A stretch of DNA of 64,000 nucleotides from Felis catus (lineage: Eukaryota): assembly GCF_018350175.1 (NCBI RefSeq), contig NC_058368.1:44456001-44520000 (forward strand). The letters are read 5' to 3'. Made by a program: the position numbers and the translations under genes. Numbering within the stretch: the first letter of the stretch is position 1; each line of letters opens with the position of its first letter. Below the pieces are notes generated by a model. It was given only the letters and a program-made list of their open reading frames with translations, searched no databases and had not been told where the DNA came from. Positions 27,330-38,333 of the stretch are shown here, piece after piece.

Positions 27330-28500
27330 TTATTTTCCTAGGGAATCCGTTGAACATATAAATCAATTTGAGAAAACTTAACATCTTTCCAATATTGAAT
27401 CTTCCAATCATAAACGTGGTTTATTCTTCCTTTTACTTATATCTCTATAATTTCTCTCAATAATTTTTATACTTTTCTATTTAGAGGTCTTGCATAGATT
27501 TATTTCTAGGAGTTTTATTTTTCTTGCCAATGCAAATGATATATAATTACAAAATTCATTTTCCAAATTGTTTCTTGGCTAAATATATGTAAATAACACA
27601 AATTTTTAGATTGACCTTATATCCAGTTGGTTTGCTAAGTCATATTTAATTTTAATAGTTTAGCTATTTTATTATAAATGTTTGCAATATTATTTGCAAA
27701 GAGTGAGAGCCTTTTTTTTTTCTCCAGTCCTACATACTTTATTTCTTATCTTGCAGCAATAAGGAACTCTAGAACAATGAAAAACCCAAGTGGTGACAAT
27801 GGGCATCCTAATATATTTGTGATCTACTAGTATTTCATCATCAGGTATGCCTCTGCAGGTTTTTGTGTGTTTGCCTTGTTTTGTTTTGTTTTAGATTCAT
27901 AATTGAATTAAGTAAGGTTTTTTATACTCCTGCTACGTTAAGTTGATAGTGATAATTGTTGGCTTGATTTTGGTTTTTAATCATGAAACTGTATTGGTTT
28001 TTGCTTTATCAAATCCTTTTTTTCTGAATCTCCTGACATTACTTTCCTCATCTTGGTACAAGCTGAAAGTTTTTTTCCCTTGTTCTGTTAATGTAGTGAA
28101 TTACATTAATTAACTCCCAGTATTAACTCAATCTCACCTTCATGAATTAAACCCATTTTGGTGATAACATATACTTTATCTTATGTATCATTGCACTTAG
28201 TGTGCTTATCTTTTGTTTAGGATTTTTCAACTGTGTTCATGAGATACTTTAGGCCATAGTTTTTCTTTCTTGTAATACTCTTGTGAGATTTTTATGTAAG
28301 GTAATGTGGTCTCAAAACAAAAAGTTGTGCATTTTTTCCTGTCATTTGAAAATTCATGGATATATTAATAGTATTTATTTCTTAAACATTTGGAAGAATT
28401 CACTAATGAAACCATCTGGGTCTGTAGTTAATTTGAAAAATTTTTAAATTATGAATTCAATTTATTCAATAGATAAGGGCTGCAGAGATTTTTTTTTCTT
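27330..28500 (-). mobile_element. Old mammalian L1 ORF2 fragment
   Basis: acatctttccaatattgaatcttccaatc, agtggtgacaatgggcatcct and ttggaagaattcactaatgaaaccatctgggtctg. Confidence 0.8.
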
Positions 28501-29544
28501 CCTTCCTAGTTTGCCCTTAAACTTCAAAACTTATTCATTCCAATATAGAATGTCCAGAGTTCTTTGTCTTTTGGAACTCTTTCTGAATCTTTAGCTACCA
28601 TGGTAGCAAAAGCAAAAGAGCAGAAACACTAATATAAAAAACAAGCTGGTGCATAATCACATAAACTACTTTCACAATTCAATTATAGTTAGAGATGATC
28701 AAATGGATATTTCATTCTCATCAAGTTAAAAACAAAGAAACTGAAAACTTTCACATGGATTTTCTTAATTTTATATTACATTCCATAACATTATGTTTTA
28801 CTATTTTTGTTAAATACAGAGTTACGAATGTGTTAGAAAAAATGTCTTTTTTTCAAACTTGTTAAACAGATAAAAGGTAAGAAGCTACTTAGGTAGCTTA
28901 GGTAAGAAATCTGGTACAGTTAATAAATTGACAGATCTTAATCAGATGTGAGTGGTTTAGGTTTACACGTTTGTATTCAATTTTCAAGTTTATACCTTAA
29001 ACCAAGTATACATTTATATGTATAAATAGTTAAAATATGACATACATAAATACACATATTTTAATATCTCATTAAAAGTTTACATTTTAAAAAATATACT
29101 CTTTTGCTTTATATTCTAGCAGTGAACATATTTTGGGTCACATAAAACTTATCTTAGATAAGATTACTAGAATTAAAATGTTGCTAGTGTTATTTCTTTG
29201 GTATGACATACAAATTTATATTTAATACTAAGTATTCAGCAGTGATCTTAAAATCATTTAAAATACTTTCACCTTTGATTGTATAGTGTTTCCTAACATT
29301 TGTCAATTCTAGGATAAAAAAAGTTACCTTCTTAATAACAAAACTCGGTGTTTGAAACTAATTCTAATACTTTACATCAAAGCAAGGACTAAATACATGT
29401 TCAATTATTAATACAGAAAAACATTAAATAAAACCTTACATTTTAATTTACATTTTTTCCTAAAATGCCTATAAAAAACCAAAAAACAAAAAACAGCCAA
29501 ACACTAAATATAGCACCCATTATATTATTAATGTTAACACTATA

Positions 29545-29583
29545 TGACATCACTATGGATGACATAAAATGTTGCCTAGTTGC
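29545..29583 (+). promoter_or_regulatory. Putative promoter of the coiled-coil gene: CRE-like sites, TATA variant, partial X-box
   Basis: TGACATCA at 29545-29552, TGACATAA at 29560-29567, CATAAAA at 29563-29569 and GTTGCCTAGTTGC at 29571-29583, about 55-90 bp upstream of a consensus splice donor. Confidence 0.45.
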
Positions 29584-29636
29584 TTTCTAGTACTAAAACA
29601 AATCAGGCTTGCTGGAAATTCAGAGACCAAAGAAAT

Positions 29637-30018
29637 GTAAGTGTGAATGTCTGTTTAAATATTTGATAACACTACTAAATATCTAAGTAAATATGGTAAA
29701 ATTATAGTGTATAACAATATATTTGAAAATGTTTTCTAGTTCTTACAAAGCCAAAAATGTTTTTATAAACACATGGTATTTTTCTACAATATCAATAATG
29801 AATAGATTAGTGTAAGATTAATAGTTTAGTGAAAGCAGTTTAACTCAGAGCTTAATTTAACACAAAACAATTCAATGATTTAACCTTGATCAATATTCAA
29901 TATGTAACCTAGAATTATTAATTGGTAATTTAAATGTGTTGAGATTTAAACTTTGTTACATCAACCTAATAGTTAAGTTACTGAATTGTCTTCATATTTG
30001 CCTGTTCTTCTCCTGCAG
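29637..30018 (+). other. Putative 5'-UTR intron of the coiled-coil gene
   Basis: Donor AAT|GTAAGT at 29637. Acceptor cctgttcttctcctgCAG| at 30018 with a strong pyrimidine tract. A weaker alternative acceptor tttttgctCAG| ends at 30192. Confidence 0.55.
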
Positions 30019-30210
30019 TCGGCCTGACTGAGCCTTGTTTAGATCCCTGCTATATTACTTGTATAAGTCAACACAACAGCCAATTCCATATGAACAAATT
30101 CTCAACACATTTAGAACAGCTTTTGTTGTAAATATCACTAGTCCACCTTTGGCTGAACCCAGAACACTTGGAGTGTATATATTTTTGCTCAGATAAAACA
30201 CTAAGAAACA

Positions 30211-30969
30211 ATGGTTGTCTCTCAATCAAAGTGGATAAATAGAGGTAAGATATTGCGATTGTTTTCCTCTTTTTTCTCTTGCACTCAAGATCAAAATAAA
30301 CTCAAACATGAGCCTCATGAGGTGGGAAAAAATCTTCAGAGAGACAATAAGGCATCCAGGGATGAGAACAAGGCTCTTAGAAAAGAAAATAAGTCCCTTT
30401 GGAGAGAAAATAAAGCTCTTCATCAAGAAAACAAAGCCTTCCGAATGGACAACCATTTGATCTGGGAGGTGAATCAATCCCTGAGAGAGCAAAACCAGGC
30501 CCTATGGAAGTTTAAAAATGTGATTTTGGAGAGCCAAAGACCACCAGAGGAAAAAATCAATGCTTTGAACACAGAAAGAAAGTCTCATTGGCAACAGAAT
30601 CGAGCCCTGGAGGCTCAGATCAAGGCTCTCAGAGAACAGGAGAAAGCCTTCCAGAATGAGGCGAAAGCTCTTCAGGAAGAAATACAGTCTCTCCATGAGG
30701 AGATCAAGGCCCTGAAACACCAGGAGAGAGCACTCAAGATGGAGGAACAAGACTTGATGAAAGAAGGAATAGCACTAGAGATGGAAGAACGGGCTCTGTG
30801 GAAGGAGGAGCAGGCCCTTCGTGAGGAGAACAAGGCTCTTAGAGAAGAAAACAGTGCACTTCAAGAGGAGGAAAAAGCCCTTCGGGAAGAGGCAAAGGTC
30901 CTTGAGGAGTGGAATAAGATTCTTCTGGGAGAAGATAAGAAACACACTTACGGGGAAAATGCACAATAA
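30211..30969 (+). CDS. CCDC70-like / Chibby-type heptad-repeat coiled-coil protein, 252 aa, single coding exon
   Basis: Longest ORF in the window and not repeat-derived. Strong Kozak context (acaATGG). Residues 42-251 form 30 uninterrupted heptads (LxxENKA/LWxEExA). Splice acceptor upstream, AATAAA cluster downstream. The resemblance to CCDC70 is recalled from memory. Confidence 0.85.
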   Translation: MVVSQSKWINRGKILRLFSSFFSCTQDQNKLKHEPHEVGKNLQRDNKASRDENKALRKENKSLWRENKALHQENKAFRMDNHLIWEVNQSLREQNQALWKFKNVILESQRPPEEKINALNTERKSHWQQNRALEAQIKALREQEKAFQNEAKALQEEIQSLHEEIKALKHQERALKMEEQDLMKEGIALEMEERALWKEEQALREENKALREENSALQEEEKALREEAKVLEEWNKILLGEDKKHTYGENAQ

Positions 30970-31157
30970 AACAAAGCAGGAGAATTGTGACTTGAAGATG
31001 TAACCAACAAACCATGAAGACCATTGACATTCCAGTAAAAATAAAACTTTTGAAGGTGAAATACTATTGTTAGGATTGAAGTCAAATCTGGAAATTTACA
31101 GTACTTGGTATCCGGTCCTGGAAACTAAATAAAATTCTGAGAATTTAAAAAAATAAA
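30965..31157 (+). terminator. Cluster of candidate polyadenylation signals
   Basis: AATAAA at 30965 (overlapping the TAA stop), 31040, 31128 and 31152, with T/GT-rich sequence downstream. Confidence 0.5.
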
Positions 31158-32207
31158 GGAAATGATTCTTTTAGGTTTACTTAAATTTTACATTACTATT
31201 AGAGGTATATATTTTTCTACAGTGCAAAGATGTATTGTTCAAAACGTGACACTGAATGGGCAAAGGGTTTTCCCTTTAAGTTCAAAAACACTGGATGAAT
31301 ATTATAAGAAATTAACAGAATGGGAAATATTTGTCTCAAAACTCATTCTTAGAATTATAAATATATGAAATATAAAGTTTTGCATACTTCATTCATATGT
31401 ATTGTAGAAGAATATCCTGCCTCTTTATGCTTATTTCAGTAATCTAGTTGGGGAGCTAATCAAATAACAAGAATTTTAAAAATAGGTGATAGTACAACAA
31501 TTGAGTGTTCACTGCCCTCCCCACTTTCTCTTTATTTCTCCTTTCAGCTATTGTCTTTCTCCTTTTGCTTTCGGGGAGGGAGGCTGTTCTCCATCTAATC
31601 AATGTATTAAAGAAAGAAAAGAAGGAGAGAATAGAGTCCAAACTTACAACAAGCATTTTGGAATTTGGAATGTAAGCGTGTAGAGTTCATAATACAAGTT
31701 GGGGGAGAAAGAAATGGAGTTTTCAGAAGTGTTAATGTTGATAATTGATCTAACTGAATGCTCTTCAAAACAAATAAACAACTGAGTCACATGAACTCAT
31801 GGATTAAAGTTACATATGTAATGGCAGAACATTAGATTACAAACCATGTAGAGGGTTGGTGCCATACCTTGCTTTTCATCATTGCAAATTTTGAGCACTT
31901 AATAATCAGGGTAAATGTTTAATGGGTTTTATTGAATATAACTGAAGTTATATCTCATTCTGATTCTTTTCTGGTATTGGGGAATGGAAGAGTAAGAAAA
32001 CTATAGGAAGATAATACTTTATTTGCTGCCGCATCTGCAAAAGCCCAACATACATTTGTCGAATATCTATAATTAGCACTCTATTAAGCAATACACTTAC
32101 ATTTAAGTATAAAAAGTGAAAAAAGACATGTCTCCTGACTTTAACAATTCCACTGAGTATAAAAGAAGAAAAACATTATTACACTATTCCTTAAGAAAGT
32201 CTATCTG

Positions 32208-32324
32208 GCCTCGGGTTCTGTGCTGACAGCACAGAGACTGTTTGGGATTCTCTCTCCTCTCTCTGCCCCTCCCCTGCTCGCACTTACTCACTCTCTGTCT
32301 CTCAAAATAATAAACATTTTTTTT
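32208..32324 (+). mobile_element. 5'-truncated CAN-SINE
   Basis: Perfect TSD aaagtctatctg at 32196-32207 and 32325-32336. The head is absent. Confidence 0.93.
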
Positions 32325-34194
32325 AAAGTCTATCTGCCTGGAAACAGTTTTCAGACCACTGTTTCTAGGAACTTATAGCCACTATTTCAATAAAATAATC
32401 AGCCTTGGAGAAGATTAAAAAGCAAAGAATGTAGATGTATGCTTGACTGATCTGCAGTCCAATCGGGACAGGGAAGAAACACAAATTCATCATTGTTTCT
32501 ACCTCAAAAGATGTGGAAGAAGCCTGCAGGCAGGAGAATGGCCAAATTAATGTTCTATGAATATGTGACTCTAATGCCTACATATTAATTTTGATATTTT
32601 TTTGTTCAGAAAAGAGTCCTTGCTCTGCAAATTCCCTGCTGTAGAATTTAGGACAAATAAACTATTTTATACTTTGGTGATGAGGTCAGGAGAGCAGTGT
32701 CTATGGAGTGGGTGTAGTTATCAATAACTTCCCTTAGTGAGAACGTTGCCATTATTATATCATATTTAAAGTAGTAGCAACTCAGGTTAAACTGTAAGGC
32801 TTAGTACATTTGGATCAGAATTTCAATCTCTCCTCTTAAATTTAAATGCTAACCTGAAAACTGGCACTATTACAAAGAAATCTTGGTTAATGTTTGTAGC
32901 CCACTCTATAAGACAAAAATTACGTAAGTAGAGAATGGATTAAAACAATTTATATCGATATCAACATTGCAGACAAATCAAAAGTTTCTACTAAAATGTC
33001 CAGTTACCATATTTATGAAATACTATATTGGAAAATGTATTTTCCCATATAAGTGGGATACATTTATATGTATATTAAAAATTTTTCATATTTATTGTTA
33101 GATATAAATTTCATGGAAATTGTGTGTTGAAAGGAGAAAATATTTGTGGATGAAAAATGGGGGCATTTGATGCTCACAATGCAGGAACTTTAGTGTATAT
33201 GAACTTTGTTTCTTTGTTGTTCATTTCTAGATTCTTCCTCATAGTTTCCAAAAAGTATGGTCACCTGAATACCTAATGTTCCCAATGGGATTGTCCCTCC
33301 TCCAGATCAGCAGTCATTAACTGCAGGACAGAACAGTGGCATTGATGCTCCAAATATCTTCTTAGAGATGATGGATTCCTTAGCTTTCCCACGGCACCTT
33401 CAGTCTAAACCCATATATATACTAATCTCCATATATTTAAGGCCACAAGTTTCCAGACTCTGAGGTCCATCCATCTTCACTTTGATTTATAATTCATGAT
33501 GCCCTATATGACTTGTAATATATCCCAATTCAACATTATTCCTCTCCTTCCTACACATATCTTTCACTTTTTCTGAATGTTCCTTTGGTCCTCTTAACCT
33601 AGACAGACTTCAGTGTTACTGTTCTCTTAGTATGCCTTGAAGGTGAAGGCATTTAGGCACCAGCAAAGATGGAACTAGTGTAGGCTTCCTCATTTCCCCA
33701 TTTGTAAAAATTTTATCCTGTTTCCTCCTACAAAAGACTTTGTTTCAATGAAGCACATATGAGATACCACTTTGATCTTACGTGATATTTTATATTCAGA
33801 CTTCCTGTTTGCTAATTCAGACATTAAAACCTTTAGAATCTGGCTCACAATATTTCTCTTCACCCTCCTGCTTTTACCTCTTCTGTATGACTTCAAACTG
33901 CACACAGAGGATCAGTCCAGAAATGTTCTACTCAGCATCTTGGATCTTGTTTCCAAAAACCATTGCCTCCATATCACCTCAGTCTCCATCCCCAATGTTA
34001 TATCTCAACACCTTTATGATTAGCAAGTACCCTGACTCTGACCTAATTCTCTGCCTAGTGTAGAGTAATAATTGCCTGTAGGGAATACTAATCTCCAGTT
34101 CACTGTAATTCCTATCCCTAGTTCACATAAATAATTTTATCAGTCCCTGGAGGTCTTTTCATTGGCAGAAGATCTACAAGAATAAGCCAAATCT

Positions 34195-34224
34195 TCCAGG
34201 CCGATAGCACAGTGCCTGCTTGGG

Positions 34225-34301
<77 letters not shown>

Positions 34302-34615
34302 GCCCTTCCCCTCCCCCCTCTCTCTCTTTCTCTCTCAAAATAAATAAAAATTAATTTTTTTTATTTTTATTTTTTAATTTTTTTTTAACGTTTATTTATT
34401 TTTGAGACAGAGAGAAACAGAGCATGAACGGGGGAGGGGCAGAGAGAGAGGGAGACACAGAATCGGAAGCAGGCTCCAGGCTCTGAGCCATCAGCCCAGA
34501 GCCCGACGCGGGGCTCGAACTCACAGATCGCGAGATCGTGACCTGAGCTGAAGTCGGACGCTTAACTGACTGCGCCACCCAGGCACCCCCAAAATTAAAA
34601 ATTTTTAATGAAAAA
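34195..34615 (+). mobile_element. 5'-truncated CAN-SINE (outer element) with long (CT)n
   Basis: TSD aagaataagccaaatct (34178) / aagaataagcaaaagct (34616). Confidence 0.88.
34355..34590 (-). mobile_element. Young CAN-SINE nested in the tail of the outer SINE
   Basis: Full length and CpG-rich, flanked by aaaattaa at 34347 and 34591. Confidence 0.96.
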
Positions 34616-34955
34616 AAGAATAAGCAAAAGCTATTGCTATATTATTTGAAAACAGTGAGACAAGATATTCAAAGACTGAGGGGTACTGAAATGTGCTCAC
34701 AGAGACTCTCCATATTGGCTCAAAGAGAGGACTGTACACATCTTTTCCAACTCGGCATTCGTGATGTTACATTGGTATCTTCAACTCTGCATCCTCCAAA
34801 TCAATGCTTCATTTTTTATTCATTTATTTTTTGGGAAGGTGGTAAAGCTAGTTAAACATTTACCAACCCAAAGTCAAAGTACTTGAAAACTGATTACAGA
34901 AAACAATGAAATCTATATATTTTATAATCCTTGAATTTGTCTATTTTAAATAGAA

Positions 34956-35078
34956 GGGTGCTTGGATGGCTCAGTTGGTTGAGTGACTGACTCTTGATTT
35001 CAGCTCCCTTCATGATGTCAAAGGTCATTGGTGAACCCTGCATTGTTCTCTGTGCTAAGAGAGCAGAGCCTGCTTGGG

Positions 35079-35123
<45 letters not shown>

Positions 35124-35190
35124 GCCCTTCCCCTGCTCACTCTCCCTATCTCTCTCTCAAAATAAATAAGCTTTAAAAATAAATTAATAA
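34956..35190 (+). mobile_element. CAN-SINE (older)
   Basis: Head, gagcctgcttgggattctc, (CT)n tract and A tail. Confidence 0.92.
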
Positions 35191-35421
35191 AGAATACTGT
35201 CCAATTAATTTCAGATATTGGTAGCATCAGTTATTTATGCTGATGACATTAATGATCTATAATTTGCTGACCATGATTCATATTGTAAACAGGAAAAATA
35301 AATGGATAATTGAAACAATGAAGCAAATCGTTTCCCTCTAAAACACCAATATCATTATTTTATTTTTATCAATGTATATATTTTAATATTTACATAACCA
35401 CTTAAGAATCATGTACTAATA

Positions 35422-35637
35422 GGGGCTCCTGGGTGGCTAGGTCGGTTAAACATCTGACTTCACCTCAGGTCATGATCTCACTGTTCGTGGTGGTTCAAGC
35501 CCCACATCGGTATCTATGCTGACAGCTCAGAGTCTGCAGCATGCTTTGGATTCAGTGTCTCGCTCTCTCTCTCTGCCCCTCTCCTGCTCATGCTCTGTCT
35601 CTCTTTCTCAAAAATAAATAAACATAAAAAAAATTTA
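35422..35637 (+). mobile_element. CAN-SINE
   Basis: TSD aagaatcatgtactaa / aagaatcatatactaa. Confidence 0.95.
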
Positions 35638-36452
35638 AAGAATCATATACTAACATTTTACTGATCTTAAAAATATAATTAGATAATTTTATAATGGGAA
35701 TAAAGAGCATAAAGTAACTGGAAAGCCGCACAGATCTGAGAAGGAATTGAGAATAGATCACTAGCTATGTTATGTTCAGGGTACTATACCTTATGTTCAG
35801 GGACTGTAATAGACCAGACTGCAATCCCAAGAAAATGGCTCCCTATGGGTCTCCATAGGAAATCATTGTATAGTTTAAGGATGCTAGGAAAATATTAGAG
35901 CTATCTGAAATTACAGATTTTGCACTGAAGGGGTTGTGATAAATTCACAGTAAAAAGTGAAAAAGACCGACAATTAGATCAACAAAGGAGAACGTATTTA
36001 TGGCTATTTATTTTACTAAATAAAAACAAAATAAAACAATCCTGATTCACATATTTTTGATATTCATATTATTTCTGAAAAAAAATATGTTTACTCAATA
36101 ATATTAAAGTAGAATATTTGATATTATCCAAGATTTTGCTCCAACCTTTATTTTAAATTCTAAAGACCCTGGATCTATCTTTGAGGCAGTAAAATTACAT
36201 GTTTTATATATGTATTTTATACCTCCTAAAAATAGCTAGCAACATTCAGTTTATAGAAACTATCACTATTACCACTGCATAGGGGCAAATTTTAATATCT
36301 TTGATAAAAATTTTAAACACCTTTCTGATTTAAACTCATTAGAATATAAAATTAGAAGTAAAATTTCACTACAACACATAATGCCTTAACAAATGAGACC
36401 AAAATGACCTGTAAAAATCTTTTCTATAAATACTAGGGATTCAATTTCCCAA

Positions 36453-36865
36453 GTGTGATAGTTTGCAAAAACAGTTTTATTATGTCATCATTCCTTATGT
36501 TCACACTCCAATTGTTTTCCCACATTGAATCTAAGCTAAACCACCTGATTTGCTTTGGTCAAGGGGATGTAACCAAATGACACAAGTGGAACCTCAAAAA
36601 AACACTTGGCTATTTCTACTTATATGCTACTATCTCTACCATTGCCCTCAGAGCATTCCTGGGCTAGTTTGCTCTAAGGTAGGAGACTTGTTGATTTGAT
36701 TCATTTTCTACCAGTCATCCCAGTGGAAGCCAACAACCATCTGAGCAAAGGCATATGCATGAGCTCAGTATAAAACAGAAGAAACCAGAAGAGCCAAGTC
36801 TAAATCACCAACCCACACTCCAAATAAATGCTTGTTAATTTTAGAAACCGATATTGAGCTTTTTA
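36453..36865 (+). mobile_element. Old MaLR LTR (MLT1H/I-like)
   Basis: ttgaatctaagct...tgatttgctttggtcaa and aataaatgcttgtt. Confidence 0.55.
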
Positions 36866-37987
36866 TAAAATTAAATCAATAAAGACAATAAGGATTTGAT
36901 ATATTGAAATTTTTGTCTTCCTTCTCATTATTTTATGATATTTGTTTGAAAATTCTAGTATTTAAAAAATGTAAGGCATTTTCAGTTAAACAATGACATT
37001 TTAGTATTGCTGTATACATTTATAATAATAAATGTGCTTAAACACTCATTGCTTTAAATACATTTAATCAGATCATTAGGAAAGTAGCATGGTTAACTGG
37101 AAACTGCAGTGATAATATTGTTTAAAATAGTAATAAACCCTTCAATTTATATGAAATAATTAATCATAAATACTAGTAAATGATAAAATTTCAGAATGTT
37201 GTATATTAATTTAAACTGAAAACAAGATGACATGTATCACTAACGAGTTACAGATGACAAGAAAAGTGCAAGCACTTTAAATTATATGAAGTAAAGAGAG
37301 GTACATCTAAATCACACTTCTAATCTGTATTTAATCTATGAAAATCCATACAAATATAATCTGTGAGAGTATCTTCATACTCAGCAGAAATCATATGATA
37401 GAATGAAGGGGCCAGTATAATTTGAGAAAACTGGGTTATTCTAGCCCAGCTTCATTTATTTGTCTGGTAGAGATAGCCAATTATTAGTAAATCAGAGATA
37501 ATCCATCTTCTTGGATGGCTTCATGACCAGCCACTTTCTGTTACAACAGCATCGAGTCATGTGTCCCACAGTTCCTGAACCAATCTTAATCCAATTACTC
37601 AGTACAGCACTAGGTAAACTTTGGAATTAAGTTAAATCCCACAGATGTCAGATATTAGAACCAACAACATTCACTGTGTTTCCAAGTTCCCTTTATTGAT
37701 GATCTGTTTGAAAACTTGGTTTTCCAGAGACAAACTTCCATATAGCTTCCTCTATAGTGCAGAAAGTGAGTCCAAAATCTGACGCAGGTATATAGGAATT
37801 TAGTGATAAGTGTTATTTAATGCATTGAATAAAAGATGAATTAGCCACTTGATGATTTTCACAATAGACTACTGTCTGATAAAGCGAAGTTAGGTACATC
37901 CTCCACTTCTCACCATCACTACCATCAAAACACAACGTATTTTTGTACGGGTATGTGAAATATCTATACATTGATATCTGTACCCAC

Positions 37988-38333
37988 ATACAGTTGTTTG
38001 CTAGGGCTGTCATAATGAGGTAGCAGAGATTGTAGTGCTGGAGACTACAAGTCTAAAATCAAAATGTGGGCAGGATTGAAGTCTGAAGGCTCTACTTGGC
38101 TTCTAGATGGTCATCTTCTGTGTCTACACATGGTCTTCCTTCTGTGCCTGTGTTTTAATGGATTCTTCTTATATGGACATCAAACATATTGGATTAGGAC
38201 CTGCCCATGTGACTTCATTTTATCTTAATTACCTCATTAAAGTCCCTATCTCCAAATGTAGTCACATTCTAAAGTACTAGGGGTTAGGAACTCAACATAA
38301 AAATTTTAGAAGAATATACTTCAGCCCATAACA
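37988..38333 (-). mobile_element. MaLR solo LTR (MLT1A-like)
   Basis: tttgctagggctgtcataa, tatctccaaatgtagtcacattctaaagtactaggggttagg and ttcagcccataaca. Confidence 0.9.

Noticed and set aside
28882..28899. Short hairpins (aagctac-ttag-gtagctt; also 32337-32369 and 35843-35859)
   Set aside because: Stems of 7-12 bp are too short for a pre-miRNA and are near chance expectation.
30226..31030. Antisense and alternative-frame ORFs overlapping the coiled-coil CDS
   Set aside because: Shadow ORFs produced by repetitive E/K/L/A codons.
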